Assembly: GCF_009914755.1 (NCBI RefSeq)
Contig: NC_060930.1
DNA: 64,000 nt
DNA from: the human T2T-CHM13v2.0 reference genome, Homo sapiens
Direction: 5' to 3' (one strand)
Below, piece by piece: positions 14,682 to 29,000 of the stretch (position 1 is the first letter of the stretch; each line of letters begins with the position of its first letter). Both the position numbers and the translations under genes were made by a program. The notes beneath the pieces are model-generated. The model searched no databases and was not told the origin of the DNA. It worked only from the letters and a program-made list of their open reading frames with translations.

Positions 14682-15023
14682 CTTCTTTCTAATGTAATTA
14701 TTAATCCTATTATCAATTGATATGAGTTATATGAAAATTTTGTCTGAAAGATTAGAATCTCCTGACACTCTTAAGCAAAAATACTGTTTGCCTAAAATGC
14801 AAACAAAGGGGCAAGCAGCAAATAAGTCATATTTTAGTTTTAGAAACACTGTTTGAATAAATCAGCACGTTCTGTATCTGATCGTAGGACATGTACTCAT
14901 TAATTGTGAATCTCAACAGGTAATGTTCTGAGCTTAAGTTAAGGAGTTTACAGTGATACTTTTGTTCATTATAGTTTAGTTTCCCTGAAATTTCAACAGT
15001 GACAATTTGTTTTGATTTTAAAG

Positions 15024-15135
15024 GAAATGTTGGGTGAACTCTTCACTCCTGTAGAAACACCTGAAGCACCAAACAGGGGATTCTTTAAAGGCTTATTTGG
15101 AGGTGGTGCACAATCTCTTGACAGAGAAGAACTAT
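15024..15135 (+). CDS. STXBP5: STXBP5 internal coding exon, EMLGELFTPVETPEAPNRGFFKGLFGGGAQSLDREEL(F); absent from the ORF track
   Basis: Acceptor ttttaaag (AG 15022-15023), donor gtaagt at 15136; 112 nt, phase 0/1; hand translation matches tomosyn. Confidence 0.95.
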
Positions 15136-17828
15136 GTAAGTTGATTTATTTAATTCGGATAATATATCTATAAAACAGGAACAAGCCATACAAAAATTTT
15201 TTTATACGTGTAAATTATGTTCACTTTTTTTCTCTTTGTCACAATTACTATTTCCATGTTTTAACAAAATACATAAAATTATTTTCTGTTATTCTATCCC
15301 AAATCAGGGAAATACTTTACTCAAGGAAATATCAAAATCAGAATAACTTTTGATTACTAAAAAGTAGTATTCACAACTTTAAGTAAATAATGTAGGAAGT
15401 ACTTACTTTATGTTATGTTAATGCTATGATTTTCTTTAACTGATAACCTTAACTTTGAAAAAGTTTTTACTTTAACATTTAATCTGTCTTTCAAAACCTC
15501 TAAAACTATTCTAGTTCATTTAACCTTCATCATAAGATAAACCTTCTGGTTCATTTAGTACCTTCCACGTAGTTGATACAAGTAAATAGTTTGTCCTTGA
15601 ATGAACTAATGAATCAGTGAATGCTTGACCTTTCTTATGAATGGCAGCTAGTATCTATCCTTTGATTTTTTTTTTCTAAAATATTTAGAATTGTTTCATG
15701 TTTGTTTGACTAATGGAAAAACTGTAACATTAAGTAGCAGTAAGTAGCAGTTCAATGAAATTTTTTTAAACTTACCCAAATGATTGGTCTGTAGTTTTAG
15801 TTCAGTTTAAAAAATGAAGACTGTTCAAGTCAGTGGGGACTGATAATTTGGGATAAAATTCTCACTGAGGAAAATTTATAACGTTATATAAAACTCAGAA
15901 AACGTATTTCTAAAATTTGTTAAAGACATCAAAGAAGTAATCATATAGTAAGAAGTTTTCAAGAACTATCTGTGGGGAAAGAAGCCCAGAGCGGAGAGCC
16001 TGACAACTTGGGGCACTTTGACTCTGCAGTACTTTGCTAATGAGGCTGAGGTACTAAGCTGTGCTAGAGCTAGCAAGATGGGCTCCCCAACCTGGCAAGA
16101 GTGGGGACCCTAAAATAACTCCTGCTATTTGCAAAGACACCAAAGGGCTATAATTTAAGAGTAAGGGTGAACTGGGAATAAACTACCCACCTCCCCCCAC
16201 CACACACACTCACAACTTTCAGCTCAGCTTCAAATATCTGGGTGGCCTGTAAAATCTTCAGTGCTAATTGTTAATTAAGATTTTTCCAGACTGCTAGAGT
16301 CCCTAGCTCCTGGCAGAAGCAAATGAAAAAATGATCTCAGAAAGAATATAGTGCATTCCAAGTCCTCAAATTATCTCTACAAATAATTTTTCAAATATGT
16401 AGTCATAGATAACCAGGAACATAGATGACCAGAAACCACTCATAGATAACCAGGAACATTAGGAATCAACAGCATGATTAATAAAATAGAAAAGGCAGAA
16501 GGATAGATACTTCACATATTGGAATTATCAAACACAGACTACAAAATAATTATCATAATTATAGTGTTCAAGAGGCTCAGTATCATGCCTGAACATTGTA
16601 TCAGGTAACTGAAAACTGTAAAAGTCAATAGCAGTAGATGTGAAAAAACCCAGAATGAAATTCTAGACCTGAAATACTCAAAAACTAGAATTAAAAACCC
16701 AATAGATAGGCTTAACTACAAATTAGACAAAAGTGAAGAAAGAATTATGTAACTTAAACATACGTTAGGAGAAGTCATCTAAAATGCAGCACAAAGAAAC
16801 AAAATAAAACATGTAGGAGAGGATTAAAAAAAGAAGTTGCTGTGAGAAGATCTAACATAAGTTTAGACTTTCTCAAGAAGGAAATAGGAAGGACTGCAAA
16901 GAAGAATACTTATATATAAATATAAATATATATATAAAGAAAGAAGTCAGAAAACTTTTTAGAATTGATACAGTGATCCACAAATTTGAGAAGCCTAATT
17001 AATTCCAATGATGTTTTTAAAAATTTTCAATTAACTAATCTCATTAAAATATAGTACACCAGAGACAAAGAGAAAATCTTTAATGTGGCTAGAGAAAAAT
17101 TATAGATATTTTTTAACAAATAGAGACTGATACATGACTTCTCAACAGCCAAAGATGGTAAGATGATCTTCTGTATATTGACAGAAAATTATATTGATTA
17201 TATTTAATCCATAATTCTATACGCAAAAATTCTTTAAGAATGAGACATTTTTAGACAAATAAGTAAACCTTGCCATCACACTAAAGGGAATTCTAAAGGG
17301 TACACATCAGATAGAAGGAAAATAATCTTGGATGGGATGTCAGAGACACACAGTGATTTGGAACGAAACTGATGTGCATAAATATAATTAATATAATCTT
17401 TATGAACTGCAAAATAAAGGTGTATGGCATGTGTGTACACACATACACAGACAATAACATAGCCCAAAATATGTCATAACATTAAAGAGTTTAAAAACAG
17501 TAAGTGGATTTAAGGTGATCTGAGATTCTTGAATTTTTTGGGAAACTTGTAAAAAGTATTCATTGGCATTGATAAGGACACATGTAATTTATAGGATAAC
17601 CTGTAAAACTTAGAAAAATAGAACATAACTTCCAGATGAATAGCAGATAAATCACAGTCATTCCGAAACAAAGCAAAAAGAGAGAGAGAATACAAAGCAG
17701 GTGGGATAAACAGATAGTACATAAAGCATGGTAGATTTAGCTTTAATATAAATAATGGTAATAAATGTAGGCAGAATAAATGTTTCAGCTAAAAGACAAA
17801 AATGGTTAGACTGAATTTGAAAAGAAAA

Positions 17829-18130
17829 GGCCAGCGTCGAGTCTCACACCTGTAATCCCAGCACTTTGGAAAGCTTAGCCGGGAGGGTTGCTGGAGACCA
17901 GGAGTTCGAGACCAGCCTGGGCAATATAACAAGACCCTGTCTCTACAAAAAATTTAAAAATTTAGTGGTAGTATGCACCTGTAGACCCACTTACTCATGA
18001 AGCTGAGGCAGGAGCATCACTTGAGCCCAGGAGTTTGAGGCTGTAATGAGCCATGATTATACTACTGTCATCCCAGCCTCAGTGACAGAGCAAGACCCTG
18101 TCTCTAAAAATACATTAATTAATTAATTAA
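17829..18130 (+). mobile_element. AluJ
   Basis: Diverged dimer with ttgagcccaggagtttgaggctg (J-type). Confidence 0.9.
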
Positions 18131-18757
18131 ACAGAAATGTACATTGTTTATAGGGGACATATATAAAACATAAGGACACAAAAAGGTGAAATTTAAAAAG
18201 ATGGAAAAGCATGATCACAAATGAATCAGCTGGTATAACTATATTAATATAAGAAAAATTAGACATTAAGGCATTATTTGAATGTACCTACTATTTTGAC
18301 TTCAAAATATGTGAAAACAAATATTGACATAGCTAATAGAAGAGACAGTTTCTCAATCATCATCATAAGTTCTAATTGTAGATTTAATAATAAGCAGTTG
18401 TATCAATACATTTCAAAGAGTTAAAATAACTTTAGTGTATACAGTTTGATCACAGTGCAGTTATGCTTGTAATCAATAACAAAGATAAGTTTAAATCCTC
18501 ATGTTTGAAAACAGAAATATACTTACCTTTGGATAACCCTTGTGTCAAAGAATTTATGACCATTGGTATGCAACTAAAGTAATCCTTAAGAGTGAAAATT
18601 TTAATCTTAAATATGTATTAGTATTTGAAAAAGAAAACATGAAAATGAGTGAACTCAGCATTCATCTCAAAAAGTTAGAAAAACAGCAAAATAAACCAAA
18701 TAAAAAAGATTAAGGTATTAATGAAATAGTAAAATACAATTGAAAAATTAACAGAGC

Positions 18758-19116
18758 TGTCTTAGTTCAGGCTGCTATATCAAAATACCATAAACTGGGT
18801 GGCTTTTAAACAACAGAAGCTTATTTCTTACAGCTCTGGAGGTTGGAAGTTTGAGATCAAGGTGCCAGCAGGATTGAGTTGTTTGGGGGCCCTATTCCTG
18901 GCTTACAGACAGCCTTCTGGCTGCATTCTCACCTGGGGGAAAGAGAGCAAGCTACCTCTCTGGCCTCTTTTTAAGGGCTGTAATCCCACTGATGAGGACA
19001 ATACCCTTTTTACCTCCCAAAGGCCCCCACTTCTGACATTACATTAGGGAAGGATTAGATTTCAACATATGACTTGAGGGGAGAGGGTGGGGGACATAAC
19101 TGTTGAGTGTATAACA
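18758..19116 (-). mobile_element. MLT1A-like MaLR solo LTR
   Basis: TG...CA termini (tgtcttagtt...ataaca), 5-bp TSD AGAGC/AAAGC. Confidence 0.8.
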
Positions 19117-20108
19117 AAAGCCAAAGTTGATTCTCTAAGAGTCTAATAAAAATGATAAACCTCTTTTGAAACGAAGCACGAAAAAAGAAATGCACAAGTA
19201 GATGCTATTAGGAATGGAAAAAAAAGGAATAACACTGAAGTTAAAAATAAGAGAATGTAATCTATAACTTTATTTTTGACGGAATTTAATTGTTTTACCA
19301 ATTATAACAATGAAAGTCGACAAAAAGCTAAAAATTCTAATAGTACTGTAACTATCAGACATTGAAGCCATCATTTTAAACTTTTCTACAAGTAAACTTC
19401 TGGTACAAATTGGGCTTCACTAATATTTCTTCCAAATATTTAGGGAAAAAATAATTCAACTCTCACACAAACTCTTCCAAAAGATAGGAAACAATAGGTA
19501 CACTCATCAACTCATTTTGTGTGGCTAACACAACCTTGATACCAAAAACCAAAATAGTATTAGAAAGGAAAAATCAAGACAAATATCATTTATAGATAGA
19601 AAATCTGAAGTGAAATATTAAGGTAGCAAATAATATGTAATAAAGATAATATACCAAGACCAAGTTTGGTTTGTACCAGGAATTCAAAGTTGATTTATCA
19701 TTAAAAAAAAAAAAAAAAAATTCTTATCCGTTCCTGATAGAGACTCCTAGAAACTAAATTGCAAATGTCACTCTTAATGCAGGAACATTAAATGATATTA
19801 AAAATTATTCCTTTGAAATTAGGAATCACACATAGTGCCCACTATTAACACATACATTCAGCATTCTTTTCAAGTCCCTAGAGGGTGTGGAAAGGGAAGA
19901 ACAAATGAAGTACTATAATACGAAACAGAAAACAAAACAGTCATTTGCAAATGATTGATATGATGACATATTTAGAAGAACCAAAAGAATCTATAGCTAA
20001 ATTGTTAGAAATAACAGGTTACCAAACTCACTAGATGTAATCATATACAAAAATAAAATTTAATTTATATTAACAGTAATAAAAAATGAAAAACTTTAAA
20101 TTACTATT

Positions 20109-20599
20109 TGTGTAGTTTTCTGTTGCTGCTATAACAAATTACCACAAAATTACTAGCTTAAAAGAACCCAAATTTATTACCTTACAATTCCATAGGTTAG
20201 AAATCAACACAGGTCTTATGGGTGTTCCCATGGCTGTGTTTCTTGTTGGAAGTTTCAGGAGAGAATCCATTTCCTTGCCTTTTTTAGCTTCTAGAGGCCA
20301 TCCGCATTCCTTGGTTTCTGGTCCCATTGTCAGTATTCAAGGCCAACAACCTTGCATATCTCTATTTTTCTGAAGCCACATCTGTCTGCCCACAGCTGGA
20401 AAAAAAAAAAACTCTTTGCTTTTAAAGACCCATGTGATTAGGTTAGGCTTACCTAAATAATGCAGGATGAACTCTATGTCTGGGTCCTTAGTCACATCTG
20501 CAAAGATCCTTTTCCTATATAAGGTGACATATTCACAGGTTCCAGGGATTAGAATGTAGCCATCTATGGGGGAAGGGAGACATTACTCTGCCTATCACC
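20109..20599 (-). mobile_element. MLT1C/D-like MaLR solo LTR
   Basis: gctgctataacaaattaccacaaa...ggagagaatccatttccttgcctttt...cacatctgcaaag. Confidence 0.8.
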
Positions 20600-21462
20600 C
20601 ATAGTATTTCTTTTAATTCACTATCTAGAAATAAATCTTAAGAGAACATGTTCAGAATCTCCATGGGGAAAGTAGAAAATTAGAAAAATTTGTTGAGAGA
20701 AGTTAAAGAAGATTCAAACAAATTGATGAGTATAATCCATGAACATGGTATAGAAGATTCAATAAAAGATACCAGTTCTCTCAAAACTGATGTCTGTATG
20801 TATATATACACATATACACTTAATATAGTTCTAATAAAAATCCTTCCAAAAATGTATAGCTAATTCTAAATTTTATATGCATATTCAAAGAGCTCTTACC
20901 ACTTCTATTTTACATAGGAATGGAGGCTCTAGCCAGGGAAATTAGGCAAGAAAAGCAAGTAAAAGGCATGCAAATTGGAATGGAAGAAGTAAAACTGTCT
21001 CTATTTGCAGATGTAATCTTATCTATAGAAAATCCTAAGGAATCCACATAAAACTAATTATAGCTAATAAACAGTTTTAGCAAGGTTTCAGGATACAAGA
21101 TCAATATAGAAAATGAATTGCATTTCTATACACAGGCAATGAATAATTCAAAAATGAAATTAAGAAAAGTTTCATTTATAGCAGTATCAAAAAATAAGCC
21201 ACTTAGACATAATTTAACCAAAGAAGTATAAGACATGTACAATAAAAACTTCAAAATATCATTTTAAGAAACTAAGATGTAAGTCAGTTGACCCACATCT
21301 CATGTTCATGGATTAGAAGATTTAACATTGTTAAGTGGCAGTATCCACAAATTGATCTACACATTTAACACAATTCATATCAAAATCACAACAATTTTTT
21401 TTCAGAAAGCAGTAAGCTGTTCTTAAAATTCAAATGAAAATACAAAGAATTCAAAATAGCCA

Positions 21463-21466
<4 letters not shown>

Positions 21467-21501
<35 letters not shown>
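21467..21501. repeat. (CA)n microsatellite
   Basis: Uninterrupted CA run seen directly. Confidence 0.95.
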
Positions 21502-21504
<3 letters not shown>

Positions 21505-22149
21505 TATTGAAAAAGAAAAAAGCTGGAGGGACTCAAACATTTCAGTTTCAAAACTTACTACAAAGCTATAGTCATCAAGACAGTGTGGTACTGGCATAAA
21601 GATACATAAATAGAGTTGAGACTCCAGAAATAAGCTTATACATTTATGGTCAATTGTTTTTTTTTACAAGGACGCCAAGAAAATTACGTGGCCAAAGAAT
21701 GGTCTTTTCAATAAGTGATGTTGGAATAACTAGATATTCATCTGCAAAAAAAAAAAAAAAAAGATGTTGGGCCCCAGCTTCACACCACACACAAAAATTA
21801 ATTCAAAATGGCTCAAAGACCTCAATATAAGAGCTAAAACTGTAACACTCTTAGAAGAAAACAGGTATAAATTTGTGTAACCTTGGATTAGGCAGTGGTT
21901 TCTAAGATATGACACCTAAATCACAAGCAACCAAAGGAAAAAAAAAAGATTGATTGGAATTTATCAAAATTTAAAACATTGTGCTTCAAAGAATACTAAC
22001 GAGAAAGTGAAAAGATGATCCAAAGAATGGGATGAAATATTTGCAAATCACATATCTGATATCAGATTACGTCTAGTGTCCAGAATATATTAAGAACTCT
22101 TAAAAACTCAATAATAGAAGACAAATAGACTGATTTTTAGGTGGATCTG

Positions 22150-22514
22150 TGTATTAGTCTATTCTCATGCTGCTAATAAAGACATACCCAAGACTGGGTA
22201 ATTTATAAAGAAAAAGACATTTAATGAACTCACAGTTGGATATGGCTGGCGAGACCTCACAATCATGGCGGAAGACCAAGGAGGAGCAAAAGCACATCTT
22301 ACATGGCAGCAGGCAAGAGAGCATGTGCAGGGGAACTGCCCTTTATAAAAGCATCAGATCTGATCTTGTGAGACTTACTCTCATGAGAACAGCACAGGAA
22401 ACCCTGCCCCCATGATTCAGTTACCTCCCACTGGGTCTTTTCCATGACACTGGAGGATTATGGGAGCTACAATTCAAGATGAGATTTGGGTGGGGACACA
22501 GCCGAACCATATCA
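22150..22514 (-). mobile_element. THE1 (THE1C-like) solo LTR
   Basis: tgtattagtc...gctgctaataaagacataccc...gagatttgggtggggacacagccgaaccatatca. Confidence 0.88.
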
Positions 22515-24069
22515 ACCTCAATAGATATTTATCCAAAGAAAATATGCAAATGACAAATGAGTGCATGAAAAGATCTTCAACATCATTTGTCATTAGGGAA
22601 ATGCAAGTCAAATCCACAATGTGATACCACTTCAAACTTACTAGGATGGATGTCATCAAAAAGATTCACAATAACAAATGTTGGCAAGGATGTGGAGATA
22701 TTGGAACCCTCATATATATTACTGGTTGAAATGTAAAATGGGTGCACCCTCTTTGGAAAACTGATGGTTCCTCAAAAAATTAAACATACAGTTATCACAT
22801 CACCCAGCTATTCTATGCCTAGGCATATACCCAAGAAAATTGAAAACATGCATTTACCCAAACATTTGTATAAATGTTCATAGTAGCTTTATTCATAATA
22901 GCCAAAAAGTGGAAACAACCCAGATGTCCATCAGCTGATGAATGAATAAGCAAAATAACACCTTATCCATAAAATGACACGTTATTCATCCATAATAAGG
23001 GATGAAGTACTGATGCATGCTACAACATCAATAACCTTTGACGTTACTCTCAGTGAAAGAAGCCAGCTACAAAAGGCCACCTATTGTATGAATCCATTTA
23101 AATGAAATACTCAGAATAGGCAAATTTATGGAAACAGAGAGTAGATTAGTGATTGCCAAGAACTGCAAAGAGTGGGAATGGAAAGTGACTGCTAACAGGC
23201 ATGGAGCTTCTTTTGCAGTGATGAGATGCTCTGGTATTCATTAGTAGTGGTGGTGATTCACATCCTTACGAATAAAGTAAAAATCACCAATGTATTCACT
23301 TTAAAGGAGCAAATGTTGTGGTATACGAGTTATATTTAAAGAAAAAGGAAAGAAAGAAATGTAAGCTGAGGAACCAGGAAACTTGAGATCAGCCTTTAAA
23401 GAATTTAAGACTTTTGCAGTGATCTAAGTGTTAGGTAAAAAGCATCTGGATAGCAAAGGGAAAGAAAACAGTGAATCGCAAGGTCTTTTGATGGAAAAAT
23501 GTGATCCATTTGGTAAATGACAAGATAAATGGAGAAAAAGAAAAGAATATAGCATGCCTACAATTTTTGGAGACCGAAATAGACTACTGAATAAAATTCT
23601 TCATTTATCTTTACTTCTGAGCCTAAGCACAGTATATTTTTAAGTAAGAGGAAGTGTGGAGTAAGTAAACATAATCAAATCTGTATATTTAAATTTAAAT
23701 CTGTATATTCGAAGCTAAATATCTTTCGTTTTTTGCACAAAAGAGCAGTTTTTGCCATTATGTAATTGGTAACAATATACCTTTATTTGTTTCATTAAAT
23801 ATTTACCAGCTCCTTTTTAGTATGTCTTGTTGTATGAACTAGTATAGAATATTTAATGTACATTGTGTTTTTGCATGTTTGAAAAAGTATCTAAAAATTA
23901 TTAAACCAATCATAACAAAAGAAAGCATGTATTAAGCATATTTCACTTTATAATTTTATTTCAGTTGTATTACCACTCAATCCAAAAATTGTATTTTAAT
24001 GTAGTAGGATTTTATATTAGTAAAATGTTCATGTTTTGAGTTACTCTTTGATTTATCAAATGTGTTCAG

Positions 24070-24290
24070 TTGGAGAATCGTCCTCAGGAAAGGCTTCAAG
24101 GAGCCTTGCACAGCATATTCCTGGCCCTGGTGGCATTGAAGGCGTAAAAGGGGCAGCATCTGGAGTTGTTGGTGAATTAGCACGAGCCAGGCTGGCACTA
24201 GATGAAAGAGGGCAGAAACTTGGCGATCTGGAAGAAAGAACTGCGGCCATGTTATCAAGTGCAGAGTCATTTTCTAAACATGCTCATGAG
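24070..24290 (+). CDS. STXBP5: STXBP5 penultimate coding exon, encoding the VAMP-like R-SNARE domain
   Basis: Acceptor gttcag (AG 24068-24069), donor gtacga at 24291; 221 nt, phase 1/0; ARARLALDERGQKLGDLEERTAAMLSSAESFSKHAHE. Confidence 0.96.
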
Positions 24291-25439
24291 GTACGACTCT
24301 CAAACAGATATTTGAACAAAAAGCTCTAGGTAAAGCAAGTGTGAATGTTACTTTATTTTTATAGCTATTGTATTTCTACACCCATGAATTTGCATATATT
24401 CATTGTACAATTGCAAGTTCCTGATTTTTGCCACCAGAGGGAACCATTACAGGAATGTATCTCTAATAGCCTTTGGTTTCTTACTATAAGATTATAAATT
24501 TTGAAGGAATCTGCCCACCTTCAGGCTTTTGGTAAGCAAAGCTACCAGCTTTGCAACTGTTTCTTAAGGAATGCGATACCAATGTTAATTTTTCTTAATG
24601 CCTCAGAGTCTACTACCACTTTGTCCTAGAAAAAGAAATAATTTGCCTCCTTGAGTCTTCCAGATAGATATAAATAACTAAAATTGACAAACCTTTTTAT
24701 TTAAATAAACAATACTAAGTCCGCGTTGTGGACCAATTCATATGGAGGAGTAGAGAGATGCATTTTGCAATGGTGGACCTAGGAAGTCATGATAGAGCTC
24801 AGAAACACACGCTGTAAAGTAGGGATCCCTGACTGGCCCCCTTACACCACATCGTGCTCTTAAAAAGCTGAATTTAAAAGCCTTTACGGGAAATAACACA
24901 TTTTTCATTTTGACACACAGGCCTGCCTTTCCTTGGTGCTTTACACTAGGTTACTTCACACATCTAGTTCCTAGGCTGGCCCTGGAGGACATTTTGAATT
25001 TGTCTGAAGAAACAATTTTAAGGTTGTTTTTATATTTGAGCACCCAATCTGTAGTGGTAGCTCTTTTTTAAATTTTTCAACCAAAAGTCATTTCCTCCTT
25101 GCTCAAAAATGCGGAAATCTAGAATGCATGAAGAGGTAACTTGACCTGGAAGATACTTGTCTAGGGCTTCAGAGAGGTTCAGAGATCCTTTATGATTACT
25201 TGTACTATACCCAGGCACCTCAGATACAGGCTTGTGGTGGTCAATCTAGGTCAGGATTTTTGTTGTCATAACCCTACACCCGATTGTATGATCTCTACAG
25301 CATGTAGCATTTCAGTCAATTTCGGAATATATTCACACTCTGAATATTTAGGAAATATTTAATCTCACACTGTTAACTTTCCCTTCTACCAGTTGTTCTT
25401 GAGCCATATTTCAGAGTCTAAGGAAGACAGTACATTGAG

Positions 25440-25650
25440 GTAGTTACAATCACAGGTTCTTGAATTAGACTGCATGGGCACAAATTCCAGTTTCACTACT
25501 GCATTACCTTGGGCAACCCCTAGAAGCTTCAGTTTCATTTATTAAATGGGGAGAAAAACAGTGCCTAGCCCAAGAATGGTTATGACTGAAATCAAGTAGG
25601 AAAAGTGTGTCATGCAGTGTCTGGCTCAGAATAGATGCTCAGTAAATTTG
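25440..25650 (+). mobile_element. MIR SINE
   Basis: accttgggcaa...cttcagtttc...aaatgggga...gatgctcagtaaat. Confidence 0.6.
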
Positions 25651-26005
25651 AGATGGCAGGAGGAGTAGCATTTTCAACCTTTAATTCGCCAGTTCTTCAA
25701 GCATTATTTTTAATTCATAGTACAAAATAAAAATTATCTTACTTTTATATTACTAGCTTAGGTCACCAAATTATGTCACATTTCTAAGAAATCTGTGGAA
25801 CTTCTAGGCTAGTTCTTAATGGATATCGTATTTTTTCCTCCAAATAGAATAGTTCTTACTGCTTTTAATAAGTTGAAGTAAGCATATAGTAGCACTACAG
25901 AATATTGCAGAATGACATAATGTTTTGGAAAAATATAGAAATCACTTATAAATGTTATTGTTCCGGCATTTTAAAAGCATGTTTTTCTTTTTTTTCCCCC
26001 TTTAG

Positions 26006-26047
26006 ATTATGTTGAAATACAAAGATAAGAAGTGGTACCAGTTCTGA
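26006..26047 (+). CDS. STXBP5: STXBP5 last coding segment IMLKYKDKKWYQF*
   Basis: Strong polypyrimidine tract and tag (AG 26004-26005); TGA at 26045-26047; recognised tomosyn C-terminus. Confidence 0.96.
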   Translation: MMLKYKDKKWYQF

Positions 26048-29000
26048 CAACCAGAATCCAATAAGTCCAACTTCAGCCAGAAGGAAAAAAGTTTTCCATT
26101 TTTATTACATTCTTTAGGAAAGTTAACGTTAAAGGGATGTTCGTCACTGAATACTGTTCTTTCCTAGCACAGTCATGCACTGTTTTACCTCAGTCATGTG
26201 GCTTTAACTGAGGAGTGTTCACACGCACTCGAAATGGAGTATATGGTGTGTGCCAGTTATGAGTTGACCATTTGGGAATTAAACAGGTCACACGTGACAG
26301 ATGAAGAAACCAAGGGGGCTGCTGAGGAGACCTGGTGCAGGGACTAATCCTGGATCATTCCTGTATTAAACTTTCATATGCCAAAAGGGTTTGTGCCGTT
26401 TTATCTGCCATCAGTGTTTGACCTGTTTAGGGCAGAGGCAATAAGTCAGAAGTCTTGAAGTTGAAATAGTTATATGTGTGTCATTGGACTGGATTATAAA
26501 CAGCTGTCTTGGACTTTCCCTCTCTTAACACTGACTGGTCATCAGTATCATTAGTGAAAAAGAAACAAATTGTTTGTTATCATCTCTTTAGACAGATAAG
26601 CTGAATGGTGGGCTTTAAATAATAAAAACATACACATAGTTGACTTGTGTATGAGCTACTCTTGGATTCTTGTTATTATAGACTTGTATTTAGTTCATAT
26701 TTTGTCAAAAGCAAAACAAGAAGATACATCACTTTTCATTGAAAAGAAAAGTGTAGAGCATGACTGAATTGCTCATCATTCTGGGAGTTTCCATGTAGTG
26801 GCTATGCAGTGTGGAAAGTGAGAAAAACCTCCATTGTGGTGAGGAGAATACTTCAATGTCCCTTGTCCTTGTTCTCATTAATTCAGCTAAAGGTGGATTT
26901 GACCAAAATAATGCTGGTTAAATTTGTAGAAATGTTGAAATTGGCTGTGTTTTAAATTTTGCTTGAATTTTTATAAAATGTTTAACCAAATGTACCTTTG
27001 CATTCTTTAATTAAAATTGCTTAAAAAAAAACTTTCATTATTTCAGTAAAATGCTCAGCTCCCTTTTCAAAATGCCCTTTATTTGCTAACTGTTCCAATA
27101 CACTCAGGTGATGAGCCAATTAAATGTTAGTGCACATGCTATCGCATGGAAAATTACAAGCATCTGTTGTCAATAATTATATAAGAGTTTAGTCTGATGA
27201 CCTACAAAATATTTTGTGTAGAAATATACTATAAATCTGTACATATCCTTTCAAGGTTTTAAAAAACCAAAAAGAAAGGAAAATATGTACACTGTGATAA
27301 CTAAATTATTTCTGTATTGGAATATAATACAATTTGAGACCAGCAATGGACAATGAATGATTGTTTCATAGAATAGCATTACGGGCAGGAAAGAAACCAC
27401 CTAGTAGATCTAGAAGTAAGCAATCTCAGAATACAGACTAATCTGAGATTATTATTGATTGTTGTTAAAGCAACCCAGCAAAAGCAAAATGGAAGCATTA
27501 AAATTAATGTTAATGAAATTTAAATATTGTCTTCTATAAAAAATTCCTTTAAATGATTTTGTTTTTTCATTAAGAGATAATCAGAGCACAAATTGATAGT
27601 AAACAGGATGGTTGTTTTTCTATTCTATATGATCATTAAAGGAATATGTAGGACATCTTAACTTTTTCATACAGTCTGTTATGCATATTTTCCTCTACTT
27701 TTCATTAATAAAGCTTTTATGTTTACATTTTATAACATGCACTACTAGATGCAAAAGTTTACATCAAAGTTTACTTTAAATATCATTTGGTAGGGACTAA
27801 ATGTGTGTGATAGAGATAATTGATCAAGCCAAAAGAAATATTTTTTAAATAAGCCCTTTTCAAAAGTTTTTGAATTTATAGAAAGCACCAATGAATAACA
27901 TATTTCTGTTTCGTTAATGTCAGCTGCCTGAACATTCAGCAGTTTATAAATTGCTTAATTTGTGTTATCTATTATCCAGTAAACCCATAGTTCCATGATA
28001 TGTCACAGGAATTGTTAGGTCCTATTTTAAAGGTACAGTTTTGTGAATGTCATCAATAAAATCAACAGTTATGGATTTGAAGAAGTTGGGAAAGCATTAT
28101 GTAGATTAATATACTGGTTGGTTCCCTATCTATGTGGAAGGTCATATTAGCTGCAATTATTTAATTTGCTGTGTTATTTTGTGTTATATAACACAAATAT
28201 ATTTGTATATTAACTTCATTTTTACTGTCATTTTTCCTGTTGTATACAAAATGAACTAATCTTGTAATTATTTTCAAATATAGAAGTATATACATTAGAT
28301 GGATTTCCAAGATTTTGTAAGAAAATCTTAAATCAGTGTTTTGAGTTATTTAATTTTTAAATTAATCTACAAATTATGCACAACAAACTAGAGACTCAGT
28401 TAGGATTAGAAAGCTTAAAGTATGTTTGAGTGTAGGAAATAAGCTTCTCAGAGTTATACTTGATTCTGTCTGTAGATAAGAGACAGTCTACAGTAATAAC
28501 TAACCCAGGGAATTTACTGTAATTTGAGAGGTAACATCTCTATTTTTTTCTTTTTAAATACAGAAAGTAATAGTCACCAGCAAGCCACGATTTCAGGAAA
28601 ACTGACTAAAAAAAAAAGTCAAAATAGAAAATATCAGAAAAATGAAAGATTTTTGTGTGCCCTCTCCATATCCTCATTGTTTTTGTTGCATTTGTCCTTG
28701 ACTCTAAAATCACTGAAGTATTCATGATTAGTAGTTTGTAAGTAGGAAGTGGTTTTTCTGTATGTACCATATATCCAGTTCATTTCAGTTTTCAAACTAA
28801 AATCCATATGTATTTGCTGAGAAAGTTATTTGAAATCTTATATTCTGACAAATTCTGTACATTACATCCATTTGAAGTTTTGCATCATCTTAACACTTTT
28901 GCTTTGCATTTCAATTGTACAAAGTGTTTCCAAAAAAATGGTTATAGATTCGACTGAGCTATTACTAACTTCTCCATTTGATTTTTTATGGATGTGAAAA

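Larger units (their letters stand above)
15830..20880 (+). mobile_element. Very old degenerate L1M (L1ME-type) 5'UTR/ORF1/ORF2 remnants
   Basis: A-rich strand bias and L1 motifs (gacttctcaacagc, cacacaaactcttccaaaa, aaccaaaagaatcta). Confidence 0.6.
20895..23340 (+). mobile_element. L1MB-type LINE-1 3' half (ORF2 RT remnant to 3'UTR), interrupted by a THE1 LTR
   Basis: ORF2 motifs (attaggcaagaaaa...gaagtaaaactgtctctatttgcagatg) and L1MB 3' end gtgactgctaa. Confidence 0.8.
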
